This document shows, piece after piece, positions 29,519-39,319 of a stretch of DNA of 64,000 nucleotides (position 1 is its first letter; each line of letters begins with the position of its first letter). A program made the translations under genes and the position numbers. The notes beneath the pieces are model-generated. The model searched no databases, had not been told where the DNA came from, and worked only from the letters and a program-made list of their open reading frames with translations. The DNA comes from a bacterium (GTDB lineage: Bacteria > UBA8248), in the NCBI GenBank assembly GCA_965200245.1, contig CBDATS010000004.1, positions 768,001 through 832,000 on the forward strand, in the 5' to 3' direction.

Positions 29519-29986
29519 ATGGCGCGAAAATACTGGCTCATGAAGAGTGAACCCGACGCATACTCGTTCGATGATCTGATGGCGGAACCCCGGCAGACCG
29601 CTTGCTGGGACGGTATCCGAAACTACCAAGCCAGAAACTTCATGATGGAAATGAAGGTGGGTGACCTCGTTCTATTTTATCATTCGAACGCGAAGCCGCC
29701 CCACGTGGCGGGTACCGCGCGTGTGGTGCGGGAGTCCTACCCCGACCACACGCAATTCGATGCGAAATCGAAATACTACGACCCCAAATCCCCCGCCGAT
29801 ACCCCGCGCTGGCAAATGGTCGACTTGCAGGCGATGGAAAAACTCGCCCGACCCGTCTCATTGAGCGAACTGAAAGAAAATTCCAGACTCGCGAAGATGC
29901 GCGTCACCCAGCGCGGGCAGCGGCTGAGTGTTCAGCCCGTGACCAAAATGGAATTTGATGAGGTGCTGCGCATGGCGAAGGAATAA
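29519..29986 (+). CDS. EVE domain protein
   Basis: YWLMKSEP, WDGIRNYQARNF, FYHS, YYDPKS, RLSVQPV. Confidence 0.93.
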   Translation: MARKYWLMKSEPDAYSFDDLMAEPRQTACWDGIRNYQARNFMMEMKVGDLVLFYHSNAKPPHVAGTARVVRESYPDHTQFDAKSKYYDPKSPADTPRWQMVDLQAMEKLARPVSLSELKENSRLAKMRVTQRGQRLSVQPVTKMEFDEVLRMAKE

Positions 29987-30014
29987 TCTTCGACATGCGC
30001 GGCCCGGGCGTCCC

Positions 30015-31436
30015 CTAGCTCGCCAGACGCTGTTTCATTGCCTCGAAGTCCGCCTCGTAGAAGAACTCCTTCTCTCCGAAGGCCGGCTTGAGGCCGGTAA
30101 GCCAGGTAGCGTTTTCATCATACTCAGCGAAGAAGACGCGGCCCAGCCACTCGGGGTTTCTCGCCTGAAGGAACTGAAGCGCGATGATACGCTCGCCGCG
30201 GACCTCTTCTATCCCCAATACCAGTACCTTGCCGGGTGCCGCGCTCATCGAGGGTCCCCGCGCGGTACGCGCCAGACCGGACACCTGGGAATACGCCTTC
30301 CGGTAAATCGCGTGAGCCTCCACCAGGGGCAGTTCGAAGTAGCGCTTGGCGCCCGTATCCCGTTCCACGAACATGTAATAGGGTATCAGGCCCAGCCGCA
30401 CCTGCTCCTTCCACATGCCAGCCCACATATCCGCGTCGTCGTTGATATGCTTGAGAAGCGGCGCCTGCGTCCTGATGACGGCGCCCGTATCCCGCACCCG
30501 CCTGATGGCCTCGCGCGCCATCGGGGTCTCGACCTCGCGCTTGTGGTTGAAGTGCGCCATGATGGCGATGTGCTTGCCGCCCTTCACCAGTTTCTCGAAA
30601 AGGCGAAGTGCATCGTCCGCATCGGGGTCGGTGCTGAAGCGATAGGGCCAGAAGGTCAGCGCCTTCGTGCCGATACGGATGTCGCGGATGTGCGCGAAAC
30701 GCGAATCATCCAGCAGGGGCAGCATATAGCCCTCGAGCGCCTTGGTCTTCATGATCATCGGGTCGCCACCGGTGAAGAGGACGTCCGTCACTTCCTTGTG
30801 CTCGGCGAGATACCTGTGCAGGATGTCCGCATCCGTTGAGATGAAACGAAGTTCCTTGTCTCCCACGAATTGCGCCCAGCGGAAACAGAAGGTGCAATAG
30901 GCATGGCACGTCTGCCCCTGGCCGGGAAAGAAGAGCACTGTCTCGTGGTATTTGTGCTGCATGCCTTCCAGATGTTCATCGTCAAGGGTGGGCACGTTCA
31001 GCGTCTGCTGCCCGGCGGGATGCGGGTTCAGGCCGGCCCTGATCTCGTGGATGGCAGCATTGAGTTGCTCCTTGGGCGCCTCCCGCCTCAGGAGGTCCGC
31101 CACGCAGTCGAAATCCTCTTTCGAGATCATCCCCTCCTGGGGAAAAGAGAGCTGGAACAAGGGGTCTTCGGGCACGTTGCTCCAGTCGATGAGATTCTCC
31201 ACCATGTAGCGGTTCGTGCGGAAGGGCAGCACGTGTCCCACCACCTTCATGCTGAAGCGTATGTCGTCGGGCAGGCCTTTGAGTTCGGGAACGCTGTCGA
31301 TGTGGTTCACCACTATCGGTTTGTAGCGAGGCGGATCTATAGACAACAGATTCTGGCCACCCAGGCCGCCGTTTTGGGTCTTGGGTGCGCTCGCTTCCGC
31401 TTGAGCGAGGTTCTCTGAAGAAGGAGTTGTGTTCAT
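30015..31436 (-). CDS. KamA-family radical SAM protein (lysine 2,3-aminomutase-like)
   Basis: HKYHETVLFF, CHAYCTFCFR (CxxxCxxC), FTGGDP, HFNH, PYYMF. Confidence 0.88.
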   Translation of the reverse strand: MNTTPSSENLAQAEASAPKTQNGGLGGQNLLSIDPPRYKPIVVNHIDSVPELKGLPDDIRFSMKVVGHVLPFRTNRYMVENLIDWSNVPEDPLFQLSFPQEGMISKEDFDCVADLLRREAPKEQLNAAIHEIRAGLNPHPAGQQTLNVPTLDDEHLEGMQHKYHETVLFFPGQGQTCHAYCTFCFRWAQFVGDKELRFISTDADILHRYLAEHKEVTDVLFTGGDPMIMKTKALEGYMLPLLDDSRFAHIRDIRIGTKALTFWPYRFSTDPDADDALRLFEKLVKGGKHIAIMAHFNHKREVETPMAREAIRRVRDTGAVIRTQAPLLKHINDDADMWAGMWKEQVRLGLIPYYMFVERDTGAKRYFELPLVEAHAIYRKAYSQVSGLARTARGPSMSAAPGKVLVLGIEEVRGERIIALQFLQARNPEWLGRVFFAEYDENATWLTGLKPAFGEKEFFYEADFEAMKQRLAS

Positions 31437-31690
31437 GTCGTAAGCCCCTCTGCGATTGACATCCACATTCGAATCACTCGTAGTATTTTCTATCGTCTAC
31501 ATTATCTCAATATAGACTCATCATTCACCATGCGCCATACACGCACCCCAACCATGCTAGCATGAATCGGCCATATATCAAGCATATAATCGACCTTGTC
31601 AGCTTTCTTCCTGAAAAGTTCACCGTCCAACATTCAGATTCTTTCAAAAACAAGACCCCGGCGTTCGCTCAAGGGCAGGGTTGCAACCAC

Positions 31691-32431
31691 TCAATGGGGC
31701 ATGTGGGCGGGGTTCCAGAACTCGCCCGTGCGAATCGTGTGGGCCTGTCGATCACCGTCGGGATGCCAGCTATCCTCGTTCTTGCGCGCCTGTTCCTCGA
31801 AATCATATTCGACGCGGTGGATTTCCCCTTCCCACCTTCCGCCTCCCTGATACTCGAGCAGAACATAGGCCGGACGGTTGTCCCCGTCCCAGTTCACGGC
31901 GGCGGAGGCGGCGCATACGAGGGTCTGGTTTCCGACCTGGCGGATGTACGGTCCGTGCACCTGACCGAAGGCCACAACTTCCGATTTCTCCCCGGCCAGG
32001 CGTTCGACAATCTCATCATCCGTAAGCCTGAGCGGGAGCGCACCCTCGTCGTTGCCCGGCGCACCGTGAAAGATGTGAAGGTCGTGGCCGGGTTCGGGCG
32101 TAATCGTCATTTCACGGGGAAGCCCCCCGAGCCAGTCGAGTTGGTCTTCCGTCAAATGCTCGCGCGTCAAGCGCGAACTTTCGTTTCTTCCGGGAAAGGG
32201 ATTGTCCTGCTCGTCGACGTGGTCGATGACCCAACGGTCGAAATTCCCCAGTATGGGAAGGCAATTCTTCCGCGAACGCAGGCGCTCGACCACTTCACCC
32301 GGCTCGGGCCCGCCCATTACGTGATCGCCCGGCACGATCTCCCAGTGCACGTCATGCTTGTCGATTTCCGCCAGAATGATGTCCAGCGGTGCCAGTTGGG
32401 CGTGGATGTCGGAATAAAGCGCGAGTCTCAT
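31691..32431 (-). CDS. Calcineurin-like metallophosphoesterase
   Basis: SDIHA, GD, GNFD, FHG motifs; the last motif reads GQVH instead of GHxH. Confidence 0.85.
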   Translation of the reverse strand: MRLALYSDIHAQLAPLDIILAEIDKHDVHWEIVPGDHVMGGPEPGEVVERLRSRKNCLPILGNFDRWVIDHVDEQDNPFPGRNESSRLTREHLTEDQLDWLGGLPREMTITPEPGHDLHIFHGAPGNDEGALPLRLTDDEIVERLAGEKSEVVAFGQVHGPYIRQVGNQTLVCAASAAVNWDGDNRPAYVLLEYQGGGRWEGEIHRVEYDFEEQARKNEDSWHPDGDRQAHTIRTGEFWNPAHMPH

Positions 32432-32629
32432 TTTTGCTCTCCATGATGGATGAAAACCGGTCAGTTGCGATGAACATTCGGAAAAAACGATATTGACCAC
32501 TCCGCTTGTCAGGCACTGGGCGTTTTCAGGGACTTGTATGCTTGACTACGCAAACCACTATATGAAGTGAAATTACAGCAACGCATACAAAGCTCTCTCA
32601 TTTGATCTGAATATACAGCGATGTGTGCT

Positions 32630-33709
32630 CTAGTGTAGCAGTCTTCTCCCCGACTCCGCCAACGCCGCCATCTTCTCCCCAAGGCGGGGGTAGAGCAGCT
32701 TTCCGTTTTCTTTCACGAGCTTTCCAGCCACGAAGACCGTATCCACATTGGCGAACGACGCCTGGAAAACCACCGTCTCGAGCGCGTCATGCACCGGGAA
32801 GAGGTTCAAATCGCCCTTTCTGATCAGGACGATGTCCGCCTGCTTGCCCGGCTTGAGAGTGCCCGCCCTGTATCCCAGCCCCAGGGCGTTGGCGCCGTCT
32901 ATCGTCGCCCACTCAAGGGCGCGACGCGCCGGAATCGCGACATCGACCGGCGAAGTTCTCCCGTCGAGTATCTTCTGGTTCTCCTGCGCGCGGGCGAACT
33001 GAAGCCCCATCCGCATCATGGTGAACATGTCGCCGCCGATGTGCGCGCTCCAGAGCAAGTCGTATTCGCGGGCCAGACAGATATCGTGCACGCACATCTC
33101 AAGCGTGGAAAGATCAGGACCCCTCGTGGCGAGGGCGAGTTTGATGAGGCCATCTTCCGCGGCAAGTCGTCCCGCCCGCAGGCGTCTCACCTCATCGGGA
33201 GGATGCGGCCTGTGGCTGAGCGGCGTCTCGCCCTCGGTAATTCTGGGCTTGGGCGTCCCGTGACCGAAAACCGCGCGGATGCCCGCCTCCTCCAGGCCGT
33301 CGAGACCTGCGTCGGTATGCCCGGGCGTGGGGTTGTTGTGACACCAGTCGAAAAGCGTCGTGACGCCGCCGTTTAACTGGTTGAGCGCACCGAGGAGGTT
33401 CGCGAGATATACATCTTCAGGCCGGAACCCGGGACCGAAGCCCTCGTGCATCTGTCGAATATACTCCACCAGCGTCCAGTCGCCGGCTATCCCGCGTATG
33501 CCCGTCTGCCAGGTGTGCTGATGTGCATTCACGAAACCCGGCAAGACGATAAAATCGCCCGCATCCACCTCCTTCGCCCCGGGCGCATGGACGTTCCGGC
33601 CGACTGCCCTTATCTCATCGTCTTCGATGAGCAGGTCGCCGCCTTCGATATCACCAAGCAGGGGGTCGAGCGTGAGGATGCTTCCCCCGCGCAAAAGCGT
33701 TCTTTTCAT
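32630..33709 (-). pseudogene. Amidohydrolase (deaminase-like) with apparent internal in-frame deletion
   Basis: PGFVNAHQH and GTLKPGKQAD present, but SAHIG is joined directly to GDMFTMMR; 359 aa. Pseudogene status is inferred. Confidence 0.6.
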
Positions 33710-34818
33710 CACAATGATCCTCCTACGGGCGGCGCAAATTCCCTGAGTGCCTTTTCGTTCCACTCCAGCCCGAGTCCGGGTTTGTCTGTGAGCACGAGAT
33801 TCCCGTCCCTGAATCCCATCGGTTCCTTGATGATGCACTCCCACCAGGGCATGTGCTCGCACCAGACCCCGTGGGGTTCCGCGCTCATAAGGTGTGCCGA
33901 AACCTCGTGGAAGAGGTGCGGCGTCACCGGCTTTTCGAACTCCTTCGCCAACGCCGCCGCGCGGCGCCAGCCCGTGACGCCCGAGCAGCGTTCCAGATCA
34001 GGCATGAGAATATCTGCCGCACCAGCCACGAGCAGGTGCCGCATACCTCGCGGGTTGTAATTCGTCTCCCCGGTGCAGATCGGAATGCTGCTGGCCCCGG
34101 CGACCGCAGCGCATCCCCTGATGTCTTCGTGATCGACCGGCTCCTCCACCCAGTAGAGACCAAAAGGCTCGAACGCCTTGCACGCCCTTATCGCGGTTTC
34201 CACGTCCCAGGCCTGGTTGGCGTCCACCATGAGCGCAACCTCATCGCCTATCGCCTCGCGCACGGCGCTGATCCGCTCGACATCTTCATCCACCCTGCCA
34301 CCGACGCGGAGTTTCATGGCCCTGAAGCCGCGCGCCTTGAGAGCCACGGCCTCCTCCACGAGTTCGTCTATCGAGAGATTGAGCCAAAGACCCTCGCTCG
34401 CGTAGCAGGGAATTTCGCGCCTCTCACCACCAAGGTATTTCCAGAGCGGCTCGCCCGCCGCCTGGGCCGCCAAATCCCAACTGGCAGTATCGAGCGCGGA
34501 CATCGCCAGGGCGCTGATCCCGTCGCGTCCCACGAAACTCACCGCCTTGCGCATCGCTTCCCAGTTCGCCTCTGTGTCCGCCGGATCCCTACCCAGCAGG
34601 TTGGCGAACAAATCGCGCACCATCGCTATCATCGCGCGGACCCGTTCGGGAGCGAAAGCGAAACACCAACCGTGGCCCTTCAGGCCCTCTTTCGTTCGGA
34701 GGGTGACGCAGCAGGTGTTTACGGTATGCACCTCGAACGTAGCCACCTTGAGCGGCCGGGCCAGTGGCACGCATGCGTGAACCGGCGTCATGCTGATGAT
34801 GGTTTGGGAAGACGGCAA
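33709..34818 (-). CDS. Mandelate racemase/muconate lactonizing enzyme family (enolase superfamily)
   Basis: KLR, MVDANQ, WVEEP, TGE, MPD, TPH, EH motifs. Confidence 0.9.
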   Translation of the reverse strand: MPSSQTIISMTPVHACVPLARPLKVATFEVHTVNTCCVTLRTKEGLKGHGWCFAFAPERVRAMIAMVRDLFANLLGRDPADTEANWEAMRKAVSFVGRDGISALAMSALDTASWDLAAQAAGEPLWKYLGGERREIPCYASEGLWLNLSIDELVEEAVALKARGFRAMKLRVGGRVDEDVERISAVREAIGDEVALMVDANQAWDVETAIRACKAFEPFGLYWVEEPVDHEDIRGCAAVAGASSIPICTGETNYNPRGMRHLLVAGAADILMPDLERCSGVTGWRRAAALAKEFEKPVTPHLFHEVSAHLMSAEPHGVWCEHMPWWECIIKEPMGFRDGNLVLTDKPGLGLEWNEKALREFAPPVGGSL

Positions 34819-34957
34819 AGCGGTTCTCCTTCACATCGAGTGTGGGATGTCACCAGTTCTTCATACGGTTTGCGCGACAGGTTACCTTGTTCATCCTCGA
34901 ATGGCTATAATTGCCTTGTTCGAAGTTGTCGAATAATCCATGAGGGAAGAACCAAAG

Positions 34958-35827
34958 ATGCCCGCTATCCGGTTACAGAAAATTATCGCTCAGGCGGGCC
35001 TTGCCTCACGCAGGGAGGCGGAACGCCTGATCGCCGAGGGCCGCGTTCAGGTGAATGGAGCGCGCGTGTTCACCCTGGGCGCCAAGGCGGACCCGCTCGC
35101 CGATTCCATCAAGGTGAATGGAAAGATCGTCACGAAAAAAGAGCCTCCCGTCTATCTCGTGCTGAACAAACCAAAAAACGTGCTCACCACCATGCGGGAT
35201 GAAATGGGCAAGGACAGGCCCACGGTGGCAGGGTTGCTGCCCCGGGGCCTTCGGCGCGTATTCCCCGTTGGCAGGCTCGATTTCGACGTGGAGGGCGTGT
35301 TGCTCCTCACCAATGACGGTGAGATGGCGAACCGCCTCGCCCACCCGAGATACGGGATACCCCGCGTCTACGATGCAAAGGTGAAGGGGACGCCCTCCGA
35401 AGCCGCCCTCGCCCGGATGACGGACGGTTCGTGGATGCGCGGGCGGAGCAGGAAACCCCAGCTGGCCCAGGTGCGAATCATTCGCGCGAACACAGAGAAA
35501 AACGCGTGGCTCAGAATCGAACTCCGCGAGGGCAGACAGCACCAGGTCAAGAAAATGTGTGAGGCCGCGGGGCATCCCGTCATCAAGCTCATCCGGCGCT
35601 CTTATGGGGGAATCACGGCGAGAGGCCTTCCAGGCGCCAAGGTGAGGACACTCAGCAGCGATGAGATCAAAAAACTCAAGAATATGACAGATATCCGCGC
35701 AGGGGCGGAGAAACGCCCGGCTCCGAGGACGGGCTGGGCCAGGGCCAGGACAAATCCCAAACGCGCGGCGCGCAGGGGAGCCGTGAACCGGAAAAAGAAA
35801 CCGGCGGACAAACCCGGCCCCCCATGA
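34958..35827 (+). CDS. rluB: 23S rRNA pseudouridine synthase, RluB-like
   Basis: S4 domain RLQKIIAQAGLASRR, PVGRLD (catalytic Asp), LLLTNDG, EGRQHQVK. Confidence 0.85.
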   Translation: MPAIRLQKIIAQAGLASRREAERLIAEGRVQVNGARVFTLGAKADPLADSIKVNGKIVTKKEPPVYLVLNKPKNVLTTMRDEMGKDRPTVAGLLPRGLRRVFPVGRLDFDVEGVLLLTNDGEMANRLAHPRYGIPRVYDAKVKGTPSEAALARMTDGSWMRGRSRKPQLAQVRIIRANTEKNAWLRIELREGRQHQVKKMCEAAGHPVIKLIRRSYGGITARGLPGAKVRTLSSDEIKKLKNMTDIRAGAEKRPAPRTGWARARTNPKRAARRGAVNRKKKPADKPGPP

Positions 35828-35925
35828 AACGCGGGTTCAACAGTTGAACCGGAAGAGAGAATCCACGGGTGTCCTGTGGTATGATGCGCCAACGCAAATA
35901 CGGAGAAACAAAAGGCCCCTGGACA

Positions 35926-36531
35926 ATGAGCGCAACCGCTTCGAACAGATTGACGCTGGCGACCAAGATCACACTGGTTCGGGTTTTCCTGATCCCCGTA
36001 TTCGTGATGTGCCTCGCCTACAGGAAACCGGGAATCGCCCTGGCCGTCTTCATCATCGCGGGCGTTGCGGACGGCGTGGACGGCTATATCGCGCGAAGCC
36101 GCGGCGAGATGACGGAATTGGGCGCCATGCTCGATCCCATTGCGGACAAGCTGCTCATGTTCACCGCGTACATCATGATGGGGATTTCGGAAGACATTCC
36201 GATCTGGCTGGCCATTTTCGTCGTGAGCCGGGACCTGCTGATTTGCATCGGCTGCATGGTGTTGTTCATGACGGTGGGCCTGCAGACGCCATCGCCATCC
36301 ATGCTGGGAAAAACCACGACGACCGCCCAGATGATCACCGCCGGAGCCGCCCTGCTGGCGGCAGCGCTCGGAGCGGAAACGAACTTCGTGTTGCTGTCCA
36401 CGTTCCTCATTACCTGCGCGCTGACGCTCGCCTCGGGAATTCACTATCTTTTCTTCGTGGGCGCCCGGATGCTCTACCAAAAACCCGATGACGCCGGGAC
36501 GGAGAAAACCACCTCCGCAGCCCGGAACTGA
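35926..36531 (+). CDS. CDP-alcohol phosphatidyltransferase
   Basis: DGVDGYIAR...GAMLDPIADK signature. Confidence 0.92.
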   Translation: MSATASNRLTLATKITLVRVFLIPVFVMCLAYRKPGIALAVFIIAGVADGVDGYIARSRGEMTELGAMLDPIADKLLMFTAYIMMGISEDIPIWLAIFVVSRDLLICIGCMVLFMTVGLQTPSPSMLGKTTTTAQMITAGAALLAAALGAETNFVLLSTFLITCALTLASGIHYLFFVGARMLYQKPDDAGTEKTTSAARN

Positions 36532-36547
36532 GGCCGGATTGTCCGAT

Positions 36548-37606
36548 ATGGAAAATTCACCCCAATTCCTGTCGTGGAAGAGAATCTGGCTGATTCTCAT
36601 CCTCGTCACCGCCGTGTGGCTCCTGGTGAGCGCCCGGGCGGCGCTGGTTCCCCTGGCACTTTCCTTCATCCTGGCCTATCTGCTTCAACCCGTGGTCGAC
36701 GAACTGGAGAAATGGAAAATTCCGCGCCCTCTCGCCGCCCTGATCCTCCTGTTGGGGCTGGGCTTTTTCGCGTTCCTGATGTGGGCGAGCATCGCACCCG
36801 TGGTGAGAGAACAAATCACGGTGTTCGTGGGGAAACTCCCCGGCTACATCAGGCTCATCGAAAAGTGGCTCATCTCGATGTTCGATACGTTCCAGCTATC
36901 CCAGAACGCCAATCTGAAGGAATACCTCACCGAAAACCTCTCCCTCTTGGCTCAGTTGCCCGTCTCCGCCCTGAGAACGGGTGGGGAGTTTCTGTTCCGG
37001 ACGACCAGCGGCATCTTCTCCATCGCCATCAGCATCGCCTATCTCATCCTCATCCCCGTCATGACCTTCTATATCCTGAGGGACAAAAACCTGATAGCGG
37101 AGGGGGTTTTCGCCTACGTTCACCGCGACTACCAGGAAGAGGTGAAGAAACGTCTCTATCGCCTCGACGAACTTCTCGGCTCGTTCATCAAAGGCCAGTT
37201 GCTGATCGCACTCATCCTCTCCGTACTCTATGTGCTGGGTTTCTTCATCGTGGGCGTGCCGTTGTGGCTGGTTCTGGGTATCTTCACGGGCATATCGTGC
37301 ATGTTTCCCTACGTGGAATGGATTATCGCCCTGCCGGTCGCCCTGCTGCTCACAGCCCTCGCGCATCAGGACTGGATACACCCGCTGGCGACGCTGGCCG
37401 TGTTCGGAATCATCTCACCCATTGCGGGCGTCGCTCTCGTGCCACGCATTCTGGGCAACCGTATCGGGCTTCATCCCGTGGTGGTACTGGCCTCGATCAT
37501 GATAGGGGGAGAGTTGATGGGTTTCGCGGGAATCCTTTTGGCCGTTCCGTTCGCGGCGGCCATGAAGGTGGCGCTTGAGGCGATCAGCGATTACTACCTG
37601 CAGTAA
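36548..37606 (+). CDS. AI-2E family transporter
   Basis: LAYLLQPVV, FIKGQL, PRILGNRIGLHP, GILLAVP. Confidence 0.9.
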   Translation: MENSPQFLSWKRIWLILILVTAVWLLVSARAALVPLALSFILAYLLQPVVDELEKWKIPRPLAALILLLGLGFFAFLMWASIAPVVREQITVFVGKLPGYIRLIEKWLISMFDTFQLSQNANLKEYLTENLSLLAQLPVSALRTGGEFLFRTTSGIFSIAISIAYLILIPVMTFYILRDKNLIAEGVFAYVHRDYQEEVKKRLYRLDELLGSFIKGQLLIALILSVLYVLGFFIVGVPLWLVLGIFTGISCMFPYVEWIIALPVALLLTALAHQDWIHPLATLAVFGIISPIAGVALVPRILGNRIGLHPVVVLASIMIGGELMGFAGILLAVPFAAAMKVALEAISDYYLQ

Positions 37607-37654
37607 GTCCTGCCGGACGCTTCACTGAATACAGGTTGCGAACTATCATGCAGT

Positions 37655-38179
37655 TCAGTCGGGGACTTCCACGCCCCTGTCCACCGCGCGCGCCATGAGA
37701 AAGAGGAGGTCGGAGATGCGATTCAGGTAGACGAGGAGTTCGGGGTTGTCGATGTAGCCCTCGTCGCGCAGCCTGACCGCCCATCTCTCGCCCCGGCGGA
37801 CGATGGTGAGCGCCACGTCCAGTGCGGCACCACAAACCGAGTCACCCGAAATCACCCAGTCGGTGATTTGAATTTCCTTTTCATAGCGTGCTACCTGGGC
37901 GTCGGCCCACGCGACCTGCTCCGTTCCCAGGCGCTCCGAGAGCCTGCCGAGCTTGCCCCGCAGCGTCGCCAGGTCGTTGCTCACCAGGAAGAGGTCTTTC
38001 TGGATTTTGAGGATTTCGGGCTTGAGCCATTCGGGCGCCGTCGAGCGTGCGAGACCAAGCGCGGCCTTCGCCTCATCGAGTGCGCCGTAGGCCTGCACCT
38101 GGATATGATATTTGGGAACCCTGTCCGCAAACCATAAATCGGTGTTCCCATCGTCTCCTCTTCGCGTGACGATGGACAT
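37655..38179 (-). CDS. PduO-type cob(I)alamin adenosyltransferase
   Basis: TRRGDDGNT, AYGALDE, RRGER, YLNRISDLLF. Confidence 0.92.
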   Translation of the reverse strand: MSIVTRRGDDGNTDLWFADRVPKYHIQVQAYGALDEAKAALGLARSTAPEWLKPEILKIQKDLFLVSNDLATLRGKLGRLSERLGTEQVAWADAQVARYEKEIQITDWVISGDSVCGAALDVALTIVRRGERWAVRLRDEGYIDNPELLVYLNRISDLLFLMARAVDRGVEVPD

Positions 38180-38196
38180 CGAATCGCTCCTTCAGG

Positions 38197-39258
38197 CTAG
38201 AGTCTCTTGATGACGTCGGTGGCTGCGGATCGTGTCGTTCCGTTTCCGCCCAGATCCGGCGTGCGGTTCCCCTCGGCCAGATGAGAACGTACCGCGCCGT
38301 CGAGCCGTCTGGCGGCGTGTTCCTCACGGAGATAATCAAGCATCAGGGCGGCGGAAAACAGCGCGGCCACCGGGTTGGCGATTCCCTTGCCCATGATGTC
38401 GGGTGCCGAGCCGTGGACAGGCTCGAACAGGCCGGGCGCGTCTCCCCTGGGATTCGTGTTCGCGCTCGCGGCAACCCCCAACCCGCCGACGATGGCGGCA
38501 CCCAAATCGGTCAAGATGTCACCGAACAAATTCGTGGAAACCACGACATCGAAGTGCTCGGGCCTTCTCACGAACTCGAGCGCGGCGGCGTCAACGAGAT
38601 ATTTCGTCGTCTCGATTTTCCTGTAGCGGGGCCGGGCCGCGACTTCTTCGAAAATCTCGTCCCACATCACCAGCGTATGACCCTGCGCGTTCGATTTGGT
38701 GACGTTCGTCACGTGTTTTCTGCGCTTGAGCGCCGCCTCGAAGGCTGCTTCGATGATGCGCTCACAGCCCATGCGCGTGAAGAGCGTGATCTGGGCGGCA
38801 AGTTGCGATGGGTGTCCTTCGTAGTGTCTGCCGCCGATGGGGCTGTATTCGCCCTCGGTGTTCTCCCGGAAGAAGAGTATGTCGATATCGCCCGGTTCGT
38901 AGCTGCGCAGCGGCGATTCGAGACCGTCGTACAAGACGATGGGACGCATGTTGACGTAGAGGTCGAACCCGCGGCGAAGTGGCAGGAGAAGCTGGTTGAG
39001 CGTGATGTGATCGGGAATGTCAGGCCTGCCCACGGCGCCCAGCAGAATCGCGTCGTGTTTCCGTATGCGCTCAAGGAAATTCTCGGGACACATCCGCCCC
39101 GTCTCGTGATAGAAATCACTCCCCCAGGGGTATTTCGTAAAGGAAAACTCGAGACCATGTTCGATCTTCGCGAGCGCGCGCAGTACGCGCACCACCTGCG
39201 TGATGACTTCAGGCCCGATTCCGTCTGCGGGTATTAAACCAATGCTGTGCTTCGCCAT
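38197..39258 (-). CDS. Tartrate/isopropylmalate dehydrogenase family beta-decarboxylating dehydrogenase
   Basis: DGIGPEV, RENTEGEY, TKSNA, NLFGDILTDL, FEPVHGSAPDI. Confidence 0.9.
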   Translation of the reverse strand: MAKHSIGLIPADGIGPEVITQVVRVLRALAKIEHGLEFSFTKYPWGSDFYHETGRMCPENFLERIRKHDAILLGAVGRPDIPDHITLNQLLLPLRRGFDLYVNMRPIVLYDGLESPLRSYEPGDIDILFFRENTEGEYSPIGGRHYEGHPSQLAAQITLFTRMGCERIIEAAFEAALKRRKHVTNVTKSNAQGHTLVMWDEIFEEVAARPRYRKIETTKYLVDAAALEFVRRPEHFDVVVSTNLFGDILTDLGAAIVGGLGVAASANTNPRGDAPGLFEPVHGSAPDIMGKGIANPVAALFSAALMLDYLREEHAARRLDGAVRSHLAEGNRTPDLGGNGTTRSAATDVIKRL

Positions 39259-39319
39259 CGCTTCTCCTTCATGATTCCGTCCCCGGCGGGCAAGTCGCCC
39301 GCATCCGCACTGCGGTGAA

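Noticed and set aside
29519-31436. EVE protein plus radical SAM enzyme as a base-modification system
   Set aside because: The genes are convergent and the radical SAM protein is of the aminomutase type.
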